Of a DNA stretch of 64,000 nucleotides, positions 63,427-64,000 are shown one piece after another (positions within the stretch are counted from its first letter, which is position 1; every line of letters begins with the position of its first letter). The position numbers were made by a program, and so were the translations under genes. Under the pieces are notes generated by a model that saw nothing but the letters and a program-made list of their open reading frames with translations, had not been told where the DNA came from and did not search any database. The stretch lies in assembly GCF_003018255.1 (NCBI RefSeq), contig NZ_CP027440.1. One strand, given 5' to 3'. The stretch is from Escherichia coli (lineage in GTDB: Bacteria > Pseudomonadota > Gammaproteobacteria > Enterobacterales > Enterobacteriaceae).

Positions 63427-64000
63427 ATGCAACGGGAAACGGTCTGGTTAGTCGAAGACGAGCAAGGGATAGCCGATACGCTGGTCTACATGTTGCAACA
63501 GGAAGGTTTTGACGTCGAGGTCTTTGAGCGAGGCTTGCCAGTGCTGGATAAAGCTCGCCAGCAGGTTCCCGATGTCATGATTCTCGATGTTGGTTTGCCT
63601 GATATCAGCGGCTTTGAATTGTGCCGCCAGTTACTGGCGCTCCATCCGGCGTTACCTGTACTGTTCCTGACGGCCCGAAGTGAAGAGGTCGATCGCCTGC
63701 TTGGGCTGGAAATTGGCGCTGACGACTACGTGGCTAAACCGTTTTCACCTCGCGAAGTGTGCGCCAGAGTGCGCACCTTACTGCGTCGGGTGAAGAAGTT
63801 CTCGACGCCGTCTCCCGTTATCCGTATTGGTCATTTTGAATTGAATGAACCTGCGGCGCAGATCAGCTGGTTTGACACGCCATTAACGCTGACGCGGTAT
63901 GAGTTTTTATTGCTGAAGACGTTACTCAAGTCGCCGGGCCGCGTCTGGTCCCGCCAGCAACTGATGGATAGCGTGTGGGAAGATGCGCAGGACACCTACG
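63427..64000 (+). CDS. creB: Two-component response regulator CreB (partial; 3' end beyond window)
   Basis: ATG at 63427; hand translation MQRETVWLVEDEQGIADTLVYMLQQEGFDVEVFERGLPVLDKARQQVPDVMILDVGLPDISGFELCRQL... (receiver domain); no stop before the window end. Confidence 0.9.
   Translation, partial: MQRETVWLVEDEQGIADTLVYMLQQEGFDVEVFERGLPVLDKARQQVPDVMILDVGLPDISGFELCRQLLALHPALPVLFLTARSEEVDRLLGLEIGADDYVAKPFSPREVCARVRTLLRRVKKFSTPSPVIRIGHFELNEPAAQISWFDTPLTLTRYEFLLLKTLLKSPGRVWSRQQLMDSVWEDAQDTY

Overview
This 64-kb window is a segment of an Escherichia coli chromosome with the K-12 gene order from yjiR to creB (identified by recognising the encoded proteins, not by a database search). It holds about 70 protein genes, the leuQPV tRNA-Leu(CAG) operon, and REP/BIME/ERIC repeats. 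Conserved backbone: yjiR(partial)-yjiS, yjiA-yjiX-btsT, tsr, lgoT-lgoR-lgoD, opgB, yjjA, dnaC-dnaT, yjjB-yjjP, yjjQ-bglJ, fhuF, yjjZ, leuQPV, rsmC, holD-rimI-yjjG-prfC, osmY (frameshifted here), ytjA, yjjU-yjjV, yjjW-yjjI, deoCABD, lplA, ytjB, serB, radA, nadR, ettA, slt, trpR, yjjX, gpmB, rob, creA, creB(partial). Four blocks look accessory relative to the K-12 layout as I recall it. (1) A variant restriction ('immigration control') island at 0.5-10.1 kb: a GmrSD-like DUF262/DUF1524 gene where K-12 has mcrBC, symE/SymR, an EcoAI-like (type IB) hsdR-hsdM-hsdS operon, and an extremely AT-rich 7-TM membrane ORF where K-12 has mrr. (2) A 6-kb five-gene island between btsT and tsr (PLP D-serine-dehydratase-like enzyme, D-aminoacylase, RidA, Na+/solute symporter, RpiR/MurR regulator), probably for N-acyl-D-amino-acid or D-amino-acid catabolism. 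(3) A RelE/HigB-like toxin plus XRE-HTH antitoxin pair between nadR and ettA, with two palindromic operators. (4) A small XRE-HTH gene where K-12 has yjjJ. No CRISPR array, transposase, integrase or rRNA was found. The AT-rich membrane ORF and the D-amino-acid island are the best candidates for undescribed biology. All coordinates come from manual reading; no similarity search or composition calculation was run.
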